The notes under the pieces: generated by a model
Databases searched by the model: none
What the model was told of the DNA's origin: nothing
What the model saw: the letters and a program-made list of their open reading frames with translations, nothing else
From: Ranitomeya imitator
Lineage: Eukaryota
NCBI RefSeq assembly: GCF_032444005.1
Contig: NC_091287.1
Location: forward strand, 565,254,001 to 565,318,000
Reading direction: 5' to 3'
Length of the DNA: 64,000 nucleotides
Shown here: piece after piece, positions 49,624 through 61,600 of the stretch
Layout: each line of letters opens with the position of its first letter
How positions within the stretch are numbered: the first letter of the stretch is position 1
Translations under genes and position numbers: made by a program

Positions 49624-52600
49624 ATTATAACCATTGTGTATTGGGGGATGTAGGAGGTCCCATTACAACCTTCAGCCCTGGCTGAGATAACTCTTGTGCC
49701 TGAGCTGGTGTCCCCACAGGACTTGGTACCCGGGAAAACCCTTGGTGTCTCCAGAATTGGAGATGTCTAAGGCTACTTTCACACTAGCGTCGGTACGGGG
49801 CCATCGCGCTGTGTCGGCCTGACGTACCGACGCATACTGTGCAAGCGCCGCACAACGGGGGCAGTGGATGCATTTTTCCAGCGTATCCGCTGCCCCATTG
49901 TGAGTTGCGGGGAGGTGGGGGCGGAGTTCCGGCCGCGCATGCGCGGTCGGAAATGGCGGACACAATGCCTCAAAAAACGTTACATGTAACGTTTTTTGCT
50001 GCCAACGGTCCGCCACAACACGATGCAACCGTCGCACGACGTGTGTCAATGCGTCGCTAATGTTAGTCTATGGGGAAAAAACGCATCCTGCAGACAACTT
50101 TGCAGGATGCGTTTTTTTACCCTAAACAACGCATTGCGACGTATTCAAAACGACACTAGTGTGAAAGTAGCCTAACTGACGCTGCCCGTCGCAAAGTTGA
50201 ATTTGAACTGGGGCGCCGGGAGGGGAGTGCGGGAGGTGGGGTTAACCTCAAATATTCCCGTGATTGTTTTGCTTGGGACAAACTTGGGGTGGCTAGTGTC
50301 CCAGTATGTGGCTACTGAACCATCAAGGCCTGATCCTCCAGACATTATGTCCACTCCTGTTGATGTCAATGTGGTTAACACGCCTACTGATGGGTATGTG
50401 GGGGTGGGTGACGTACTGTGTCCCTCTCCCACAGAGAGGTAGGAGAACAATCAAGCTAGCTGTGATATTGCCTTAGTGTGGCCAGCCGGCATGCTCCAAC
50501 GGTTTGTCGTGTGAGGAGGATGTTACAGAGGGGACACACGGGGCCGACGGCTGCGGAAGGGAAGCATGCAATTGAGGATGGGACTGTCCTAAAGGAGGTA
50601 GGAGTCTCAAGTAAGGCCTAATTACAGGGTTCTTCCACAACTGGGATGTCAGAGGGCCAGGATAGTCAGTCCGTACTGGAAAACTTGGTCAGAAGTAGAG
50701 GAACACTACCCGGGGTTGCTGCGACTTGGGGACCGACGGTTAGTGGCACCTTATCCGTTCAAGGTGGAGTTCTTGTGGGTTGCGCAAGGGATTCCGATGG
50801 CTGAGCATTTAGGGTTCTTTAAGACCAAGGCTAGGCTAGCACAGCATTTCTACTGGCCAAAGATTGGATCCGATGTAGCTGCCTACTGCCGTTTGTGTGA
50901 CATCTGTCGGAGGGTTTGGAAGGCGGGGCCGTGCCCCAAAGCCCCACTGGTAGCTCTGCCCATCATTGAAGAGCCTTTCAGGAGGGTGGCTGTGGATTTG
51001 GTTGGCCCGATGGCCACTCCCAGCAGCTCCAGGAAACACTTTGTACTGGTGGTAGAATACTATGCCACCCAGCACCCGGAAGGGATAGCCTTGTTGTCCA
51101 TATGGGCCAACAAGGTGACCATCGCTTTATTGAAGATTTTTTTTCCCTGAGTGGGTTTTTCCCAGGAAATGCTCACCGAGGGACCCAGTTCATATTGCAG
51201 CTGATGGAGTCCCTCTATAAGCAGATACAGGTACAACACCTGGTGGCCAGCCTCTACCACCCATAGACCAACTGTCTACGTGAACAGTTCAGTGGCACCC
51301 TGATGTAGATGCTTAAGATGTTGGTCATCTTAAGCGGGAGTGACTGGGAGCGGTACCTTCCCACATGTTGTTTGCTTTATAATTTGTAAAGCGCTGCGGA
51401 ATATGTTGGCGCTATATAAATAAAAATTATTATTATTATTATTATTTGCCTACCGGGAGGCTCCATAGGCCTTAACAGGGTTCTCCCCCAAACCCCCCAT
51501 TGAGCTCCTGTACGAGTGACGTGGGTGGTGGACCCTGGCTCTGGTGAAAGATTTGGGACGAAGACTTAGCCACCCCTGCAGTGTCAGTCATCGAATATGT
51601 TGTGTGCTTCCATGACTAGTTGCAGGCCTTGTCGCAGTTGGTGCGCGATATGATGCGAGCCCAGGCCGATCAGAAGCGATGGTACGACCAGAATGCTTCT
51701 GAGAGGACCTACCAGGTGGGTTAAAAGTTGTGGGTACTGGTCTCTGTACCCAGGACAAGCTTCAGGCGGCCTGGAAAGGCCTGCACCTCGTGTACCAGCA
51801 ACTCTCAATGCCGTAATGTACCTGGTCACCCTGGACCACGCCCAGGGAAGGCAGAAGGCCTTCCACGTGAACATGATGATGACACATCATGAGCTGGAAG
51901 CCTGCACCCTCCCTGTATGCAGCCTACCAGAAGAGGGAGAGACAGAGACCCTCCTGGTTATGCTCGCCCAGGCTAGTGTGGGTGGGACCATTAAGGATCT
52001 GGAGGTTTGCAACCAGCTCTTGTCAGACCAACTGTCCCAGCTGTGGGCAACCCTACACTCCTGGGATTTGTACAGTAAGAAGCGTGGAAGGACAGTCGTC
52101 AGTCCGTCACATGGACACTGGTGATCTCCTTGAAGGTACAGCAGCACATGCGCCAGGAGATAGAAGCTGGAAGTCATCCAACCATCCAGCAGCGCTTGGG
52201 CCTCACCTGTGGTCCTCGTTCCAAAGAAGGCCTGGACAACCTGGGTCTGCATGGACTACAGGGGCTTAATGCTATCACGGTCACTGATGAGTACCCAATA
52301 CCGCACATTGATGACCTGCTCGATCAGTTGGCTGGAGCCAAGTACCTTATCATTCATGGATCTGAGCTGGGAATATTGGCAGATTTCCCTGACCCACAAG
52401 GCACGGGAACGCTCTGCCTTTATCATCCCACAGTGATGCCAAGAATGCCCGTGCCACTTTTCAGCGGATTATCAACACGCTGTTCAAGGAACTTGAAGGG
52501 TACGCGGCTGCGTACCAGGACAACATTGCAATCTTTAGTCCCACCTGGGAGGATCACTTAGAGCATCTGGCGCAGGTGCTCGGGCGGATCCGTCAGGTAG

Positions 52601-55600
52601 GCTTGACACTTCAAGCTGGAAAAGTGCCAGCTGGGTATGAGTGAGGTCCACTACCGGGAACACTCAGTAGGCGGGGGCGACTCTAAAGACGTAGCCCGGG
52701 AAGGTGGATGCCACCACATCCTGGCCCACCCCCAGGACCAAGAAACCAGTGATGTTCTTCCTGGGTACTGCAGGAGGTTTGTCCCTCACTATAGTAGCCT
52801 GGCAAAGTCTTTGACTGACCTCACCAAGAAGCTGCCCTCCGAAGTTGATTGGACAAACGAATGTTTGAAGACCGTCCTTAGCTGCGTGTAGTACCAGGAA
52901 GCTGTAGACTTTACACGGCCGTTTACTCATCCAGGTCGAAACTATTGGCCAAAAACACCCCGTTTTGTACCTGAGCCTGAAGCGCCTGCCGAGGGAGGTG
53001 GCCTACTTCACGATGGAGAATGCAATTGTGTGGCCCTTGCAGCGTCTGCAGCCATACTTGTACGGACACCAATTCACTGTGGAAATGGACCACAACCCCC
53101 CAGCTGGTTACACACCATATCTGAAATGAATGGGAGGTTGCTACGCTGGAGCCTTGCACTTCATCAGTACCACTTCATCATTCACCACAAGAAGGGCCGT
53201 GACCACGGTAAAGCAATGGGTTATCCTGACAAGGGGAAGTTGCAAGTGGGGGAACACTGGAAAGTGCTGCACCCCGCCCAGCACCCTCTAAAGGGGTTAA
53301 ATGTGAAGGTTTAGAGGATGTAATGGCAGCTTACAATCGTCCTGTAAGCATGTATGGCTGTAATAAGACACCTGGATCCGCAGGGAGTCCCATCTTTCAG
53401 CTGCAATTTTAGAATTCGCACCCCCAAGATCTAACTAGAATTCAGTAACTACAGGAAGACCCCCTGTGGATCCAAACCATGTGGTCTGCTTTGTTCAGTC
53501 AGCTAGAATTTCATAAAAAGAATATGGGCTTATAGTACTTCCTAGCCACACACCTGTTACATTTTCGTGATCTCTGGGCCGGACGGAATGCCTTCCAGGG
53601 TCTCGATCTGTTCTAGCACCCAGGGGTAGGGAGATACATAGAACATCTACTAGATGCTAGGTAGTAAACCTGTGTTTGCTCTTAATGCATAGCAGGGTCC
53701 CGGCCGGATCCGATGGCACCAGAACCGCCGCCCTAGGACTGTCCAGAAAGGAGTTATGATTAGTGATGAGCGATTTATAGTCGTTGCTCGGGTTTCCCCA
53801 AGCATGCTTGAGTGATCTCCGAGTATTTGTTAGTGTTCGAAGATTAAGTTTTCATCGCCGCAGCTGATTGGTTTACAGCTATTAGCCAGGCTGAGTACAT
53901 GTGGGGGTTGCCTGGTTGCTAGGGAATCCCCACATGTAATCAAGCTGGCTAATAGCTGTAAATCATTCACCTGCGGCAATGAAAACTTAATCTTCGAACA
54001 CTAACAAATACTCGGAGATCACTCGAGCAACGAGTAAACTCCCTCATCACTAGTTATAATCTTTTCATAGGTTTTGGGAGATTTAGCTACAAACCTCCAG
54101 GGGAGGGGGATTTAGGTTCAGCCCAGAGGGCAGGAAGGGAGTGAATCAAAGGGGGGGATAAAAGTTAGTGAATGGCCATGTGGTCTGTCTCTCTGATGCA
54201 TGTGGCCCACTTCGAACTGGGGGGGTCACGTCGAGTAACGTGCTGTGAAGGACCTAGGAGTGGAAGCCGATGCCCCTGAGGCCCAGCGTACACATGATCC
54301 ATCTGCTTATATCTTTGTACAATACCTGTATTTGCATATCTGACTATTATATATATATATATAACTGTTGTGTATACGCTATAGTGCACTGTCTAGTGCA
54401 TTAAATATATAATTTAAGCTTGGGCTGCTCTTATATATTGATCCACGAATCCACTCGTCTGTTTCTCGGTTTAACTTTCCATGTTACCGGGGCTGGTTCC
54501 TGGACAGATATAACCCTGTTAATGGACCAGGCTTATATTGAACGAGGAACTGGTGGCAATCCTACTGGGCTGACCAGGCGTTTTCACTGGTGCCAGTGAA
54601 AGGGGCCTCTCAGTCTGTCAGGGTTGGGTGCGAGTGTGGTTTCTCACTCCCTGTGCCTCCCTGGGCCCGTGTGGACAGGGGGGTGTCCATGTAAAACTGT
54701 ACCAATCTGACCTTGCATGTCCCCAGGGGGTACGGAACGTCACGTTGGTGCAACTGGGGAAACCTTACTACGTGATCCCGCTGACTTAATATTGTCATCA
54801 GGAGGGCTGGCGAGGTGCGGATCCTTTCTCTTCCCTCCCTTTTTCTCTCCCCTATCCTCTTCTCTCTCCCCCCTATCCTTCGCTCTCCACTTCGCTCTGC
54901 CCTCTCCCCTTTGCTCTCTCCCCTTTGCTCTCTCCCCTTTACTCTGCCCTCTCCCCTTCGCTCTCTCCCCTTTGCTCTGCCCTCTCCCCTCTGTGCTCTC
55001 CCCTCTGCTCTCTCCCCTTCGCTCTCTCCCCTCTGCTCTCTCCCCTTCGCTCTCTCCCCTCTGCTCTCTCTCCCCTCTGCCCTCTCCCCTCTGCACTCTC
55101 CCCTCTGCTCTCTCCCCTTCGCTCTCTCCCCTCTGCTCTCTCCCCTTCGCTCTCTCCCCTTCGCTCTCTCCCCTCTGCCCTCTCCCCTCTGCGCTCTCCC
55201 CTCTGCTCTCTCCCCTCTGCTCTCTCCCCTCTGCTATCTCCCCTTCGCTCTCTCCCCTTCGCTCTCTCCCCTTCGCTCTCTCCCCTCTGCTCTCTCCCCT
55301 TCGCTCTCTCCCCTTCGCTCTCTCCCCTCTGCTCTCTCCCCTCTGCTCTCTCCCCTCTGCTCTCTCCCCTCTGCTCTCTCCCCTCTGCTCTCTCCCCTCT
55401 GCTCTCTCCCCTCTGCTCTCTCCCCTCTGCTCTCTCCCCTTCGCTCTCTCCCCTCTGCTCTCTCCCCTCTGCTCTCTCCCCTCTGCTCTCTCCCCTTCGC
55501 TCTCTCCCCTTCGCTCTCTCCCCTCTGCTCTCTCCCCTCTGCTCTCTCCCCTCTGCTCTCTCCCCTCTGCTCTCTCCCCTCTGCCCTCTCCCCTCTGCGC

Positions 55601-58600
55601 TCTCCCCTCTGCTCTCTCCCCTTCGCTCTCTCCCCTCTGCTCTCTCCCCTTCGCTCTCTCCCCTCTGCTCTCTCTCCCCTCTGCCCTCTCCCCTCTGCGC
55701 TCTCCCCTCTGCTCTCTCCCCTCTGCTCTCTCCCCTCTGCTCTCTCCCCTCTGCGCTCTCCCCTCTGCGCTCTCCCCTCTGCTCTCTCCCCTTCGCTCTC
55801 TCCCCTCTGCTCTCTTCCCTTCGCTCTCTCCCCTTCGCTCTCTCCCCTCTGTGCTCTCTCCTCTGTGCTCTCCCCTTCGCTCTCTCCCCTTCGCTCTCTC
55901 CCCTCTGCCCTCTCCCCTCTGCCCTCTCCCCTTTGCTCTCTCCCCTCTGCTCTCTCCCCTCTGCTCTCTCCCCTTCGCTCTCTCCCCTCTGCTCTCTCCC
56001 CTTCGCTCTCTCCCCTTCGCTCTCTCCCCTCTGCTCTCTCCCCTCTGCGCTCTCCCCTCTGCGCGCTCTCCCCTTCGCTCTTGCTTTTGACTCTTCCTCG
56101 TCTTGTGTTTCTGAGAAATGCGTGACCAGAAGATGCGGGCTGCGGCTGCCAGCAGGATGTAGTCTTTGTCCCCTCTTCCTGTCCTCTACAGTGTCTGCCC
56201 ATGATCTTTGCAATCTTTCATTTCATGATTCCTCTGACTTTCGTGGTGGCTGCCTGACACTGAGCCACACTTCACCTGGTCCAATTCAGGAACTAATGAA
56301 ATCCTTTGATTTTGTTCTTGTGTCATTTGAGCTATACCAGGCTCCAGTCACACCTAGACTAAAAAGTCAGTAGTACGCATAAAGCGGTGGTTGTATGTTT
56401 GTTATTTTAATTTTTTTATTTTTACATTATCCTCTGGTCACACCCAGTACATTAAGTCAACTAATGACCATTCTGTCGTCGATCAATGGTATATCATGTT
56501 TTACTCTAGTCACATCCAGAGCAGCATTAATTGTTAGAATTCATTATCCATTCTTTTTATCTTTTGGTTTGCTTTGGAGTCATATTTTGCTCCAGTCACA
56601 TCCAGAGCCGCAACACCTTTTTGTTTAGGAGTTACAGTACTTTATGCTCCAATTCCTTACATAGCTGCAAAAGTCAGTAAATTACCACTCTGATTTTGAG
56701 TAGCTGTAAATTTTCATTTTCATTTTTTCGAGGACCTGACACTTGCCGTAAACATGTTATTTTTCCCCTGGTGTAAATGCCGCTGTTCTCCTGAATCCGG
56801 CGATGTTTTTCATTTGTTTCTGCTCCTCTCTGTTCCTGAGGTTTGGCCTCTTCTTCCCTGTATATAAGTCCAGTCTTTTTTTTTCTATAGCCAAGTGGGT
56901 GTGGTTATCAGATCTTTTCTGTGTTCCTTTATGAGTTCCACTCCCACTTGGCTTACAAAATTAAAATTTTACACCTGGAAGAGGAGACTGTATCTCGGGA
57001 ACGGAGAGGGACAAGAGCAAAAGGAAAACATTGCCGGATTCAAGAGGACAGCGGCTTTTACACCAAGGGGAAAAATACATATTAACAGCTATTGACGGGT
57101 CACCTGTAAGTTATATTATGCTCTAGTCACATCCAAACCTGCATTAGAAAGTCAACAAAAATCTGCAACGTGTGCACATAACCTAAAGGGGACTGTTTAT
57201 AGTCTGTCACTGCAGAAGTCTGCAGAGGAGCTGAAAACACAAAACGGGAGATGGTTTTGATTAACGATTTGCAAATTTGCTTAATTTTCTTTTTCCATTT
57301 GGAGCAATAAAATTGTAAGAAATGCGCCGCCTGTGGTGTATCCGCGCCGGTGCATGGGTGAGCCCGTGCTCCTCACACGTCATGCTCCGTCCTTCTCTTT
57401 TCAGGCTCTGGAGAAGGAGCGGCAGCAGAACTTTCTGCATCTTCTGCAACTGGACAACGAGGTTCTGATCCCCAACCAGGAGCTTATTGAATGCCGGATT
57501 TGCTACATGGAGGTCCCTGCGGGGGTCGGGGTCCTGCTGCGGGAGTGTCTGCACAGCTTCTGTAGGTAGGTGGCTGCACAGCTTCTGTAGGTAGGTGGCT
57601 GCACAGCTTCTGTAGGTAGGTGGCTGCACAGCTTCTGTAGGCAGGTGGCTGCACAGCTTCTGTAGGCAGGTGGCTGCACAGCTTCTGTAGGCAGGTGGCT
57701 GCACAGCTTCTGTAGGCAGGTGGCTGCACAGCTTCTGTAGGCAGGTGGCTGCACAGCTTCTGTCGGTAGGTGTCTGCACAGCTTCTGTAGGTAGGTGGCT
57801 GCACAGCTTCTGTAGGTAGGTGGCTGCACCGATTCTGTAGGTAGGTGGCTGCACAGCTTCTGTAGGTAGGTGTCTGCACAGCTTCTGTAGGTAGGTGTCT
57901 GCACAGCTTCTGTAGGCAGGTGGCTGCACAGCTTCTGTAGGCAGGTGGCTGCACAGCTTCTGTAGGCAGGTGGCTGCACAGCTTCTGTAGGCAGGTGGCT
58001 GCACAGCTTCTGTAGGCAGGTGGCTGCACAGCTTCTGTAGGCAGGTGGCTGCACAGCTTCTGTAGGCAGGTGGCTGCACAGCTTCTGTAGGCAGGTGGCT
58101 GCACAGCTTCTGTAGGCAGGTGGCTGCACAGCTTCTGTAGGCAGGTGGCTGCACAGCTTCTGTAGGCAGGTGGCTGCACAGCTTCTGTAGGCAGGTGGCT
58201 GCACAGCTTCTGTAGGCAGGTGGCTGCACAGCTTCTGTAGGCAGGTGGCTGCACAGCTTCTGTAGGCAGGTGGCTGCACAGCTTCTGTAGGCAGGTGGCT
58301 GCACAGCTTCTGTAGGCAGGTGGCTGCACAGCCATCACCCATCAGCCGTAATATTACAACCACTTGTCTGATATAGCGCCTCCTGTCTGACCTGCTGAGG
58401 TCTGAACTCCACACTTCTGCTGCCAGGGGCTGGTGGTAGCTGTCTGGAGAATGGTTTCTCTTTGCAGCCTCTGTGGATTGGACTCCCATTTTCCAACTCC
58501 AGATGATAGATCAGATGGAGATCTGGGTGATGACTTGTCTCATTATTCCAAAAAGTCTTCTCACAGCTTTCTATCGTCATACCTGGATCCCACCTCAAGA

Positions 58601-61600
58601 CCCAGCAAAGCCTGCCATATATCGAGAACACTCATCAAAACCCGCCACTGCCCTGGACAGACCCACGACACATGCGGTATACTGGAACCAACTCTTGAGA
58701 GCCCCATTATTCTGGGAACACCCTATGAGCACTTCTGCGTTCCGGCAACACTCCTCTAGAGCCGCCGCATTCCAGAAACACTCCTTGATAGCTATCACAA
58801 TCCGGCAACATCTCGGGAGCTGCCGCACTCTGGCAACACTCCTCGGAAGGCGTCGTTTTCCGGAAACATTCCTCAGGAACTGTCGCATTCTGGCAACGCT
58901 CCTCGAGAGCCACCATGTTCCGGCAACGCTCCTCGGGAGCCGCTGCGTTCCTTTTCCCTCATTAGATTGTGAGCTCCTGTGACCAGAGCTGCGGTACTCA
59001 GGTTTTGTGTTGTCTCCTCCCCAGAGAATGCCTGAGACAAGTCGTGAACTGCTGCGAGGATCCAGAGGTGTCCTGTCCTTACCGGGACGATACGTATGCC
59101 TGTGACCGGAAGCTGCAGCAGAGGGAGGTCCGAGCGGTGAGTAGTCCACGCACCAGTCCCCAACAGGGTTGACAGTCCTGACCTGGAGGACACGTGCACA
59201 GCTGTAGGGAGCTCTTCACAAAGTCTCCCCCAAGAGATGGGTTCAAACGCAATAAGAAATGTGCCCCTCCTGTACCCCCATATCTGCAGCACTAGGGGTC
59301 ATAGGTAGCACGGAGGAAAACAGGGAAGCACATGAATCCTGATAGAGCGATCAATCATACTGCACTCTCCCTTCTCCACACCGTCCTCTTCCTCCTGTTC
59401 ATTTTTCTTCTTATCCTCCTTTTTACTTCCCTTTTGTACCTTTTGTTCTCGGTTTGCCCTCTGCTTTCCTCCCTTCTCCTCATCTTGTATTTCCTCTTTA
59501 ACGTTCTTTCTCCTTTTATTTTCTCCTCTTACCTCTATGAACTTTTTTTCCTCACCTTCCCTTTTCTCCAGCTGTCTTCCTCTGCTCTGTTCTTCATCTC
59601 TTCCTGTCTTTTTCCTCTCCTCTGCCTATCATCTGCTTTACTGCTCTCCCACCTCCCCTCTTTCTGCTTCTCCTGTTTTTTTGACCTCCTGTTCTCTTCC
59701 TTTACCCCCCATTTCCTTTTTTTCCCTCTTTTGCCCTTCCTGTCTTCTTCCTCTATTCTTCCCATCCTCTCTTCCCATATAACTTCCCTGCACTTCCTCT
59801 TTATTCTTCTCTACTTTTCCTGACTTCTATTTTCCTTTCTTCTTCTCTTCTTTTTTTCTTCTGGTTTTCCCCTCATTGCCTTCTTTCTTCTGCTCTTCAA
59901 CTTCTTCCTCTTCTGTTTATCCCCACGATTTCCTCTTCTTTCCTTTCTCCTCTTTCACTCTATCCCATGCTCTCCGTTTCTTTCTCCTCTGCGATTTTCC
60001 TCTTCTGTTCATCCCTTCAATCTCCTCTTTCCTTTCTCCTCTTCCCCTCTATTCTGTGCTCTCCTTCTTTGCCTTCTCCTTCTCTTCCTCTGTCTTCCTC
60101 TCCTCTTCTTTCCCCATCACCACACTCCAGTATACAGATAGTCCATGTCTGCTCCATCCTGTACGTGCGTCTTCTCTCTATTCACAGTTGGTGTCGGCGG
60201 AGGAGTATGCTCGTTTCCTGGATCACGGGCTGGTGGTGGCGGAGAGCAGAAGTCGGAACAGCTACCACTGTCGGACGGCGGACTGTAAGGGATGGTGCAT
60301 CTACGAGGACTCTGTCAATGAGTTCATTTGTCCGATATGTCGGGCTCAGAACTGCCTGATCTGCAAGGTACACTGCCCATGGATGACAAGTCGGCATGGT
60401 CGCGTGCGGGCCGGAGAGTCCTAATATAATGGGTCACCCGACATGTCCCTGAGCTCGGGAGGCTTATATTAGGTCTTGCGATGACCCATCATTGCTTTAT
60501 GTAGTTGGGAACATTGCTTGTTGAATCTCCCTCCTCCAGGCCATACATGATGGGATGAACTGCAAAGAATACCAGGACGACCTCCGCATCCGCGCTCAGA
60601 ACGACGCAGCCGCCAGACAGACCAGTGACATGCTGAAGGTGAGGACCGGGTGATTCAGGAGGGAGTTTACAGCAGGCCGGATCACATTGGACAGATAAAG
60701 TGATAGCAGGAGTATAGCGACACCTACAGTGTGTGTATACAGTGTGTGTCTGCAGGCATGTATACAATGTGTGTCTGCGGAAGTGTACACGTCTGTACAG
60801 TGTGTATTTGCTGTATACAGTACGTGTTTTGGTGTTTGCTGATGTGTATACAGTGTGTGTACACGGGCGTGTACATGTGTATTTATCTGCTGTATACAGT
60901 ACGTGTGCTTTGGTGTCTACTGTATGCAGTACGTGTGCTTTGGTGTCTGCTGTATACAGTACGTGTGCTTTGGTGTCTGCTGTATACAGTACGTGTGATT
61001 TGGTGTCTGCTGTATACAGTATGTGTGTCTTGGTGTCTGCTGTATACAGTACGTGTGTCTTGGTGTCTGCTGTATACAGTACGTGTGCCTTGGTGTCTGC
61101 TGTATACAGTACGTGTGCCTTGGTGTCTGCTGTATACAGTACGTGTGTTTTGGTGTCTGCTGTATACAGTACGTGTGCTTTGGTCTGCTGTGTACAGTAC
61201 GTGTGTCTTGGTGTCTGCTGTATACAGTACGTGTGCCTTGGTGTCTGCTGTATACAGTACGTGTGCCTTGGTGTCTGCTGTATACAGTACGTGTTTTGGT
61301 GTCTGCTGTATACAGTACGTGTGGTTTGGTCTGCGGTGTACAGTACGTGTGTCTTGGTGTCTGCTGTATACAGTACGTGTGCCTTGGTGTCTGCTGTATA
61401 CAGTACGTGTGCCTTGGTGTCTGCTGTATACAGTACGTGTGTCTTGGTGTCTGCTGTATATGGTACGTGTGTCTTGGTGTCTGCTGTATACGGTACGTGT
61501 GTCTTGGTGTCTGCTGTATACGGTACGTGTCTTGGTGTCTGCTGTATACAGTACGTGTGCCTTGGTGTCTGCTGTATACAGTACGTGTGCTTTGGTCTGC

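Larger units (their letters stand above)
47761..54520 (+). mobile_element. Degenerate Ty3/Gypsy LTR retrotransposon with integrase before RT (Gmr1-like order)
   Basis: Related LTRs starting TGTGAAGG at 47761 and 53302; protease-like ~50190-50320, integrase 50716-51400 (HLG...YWP...[14 protein letters not shown]), RT 52150-52700, RNase H 52750-53210; 3' boundary approximate. Confidence 0.8.

Noticed and set aside
54717-56373. Leu/Ser/Pro and Glu/Arg/Gly-rich ORFs
   Set aside because: 14-bp pyrimidine array.
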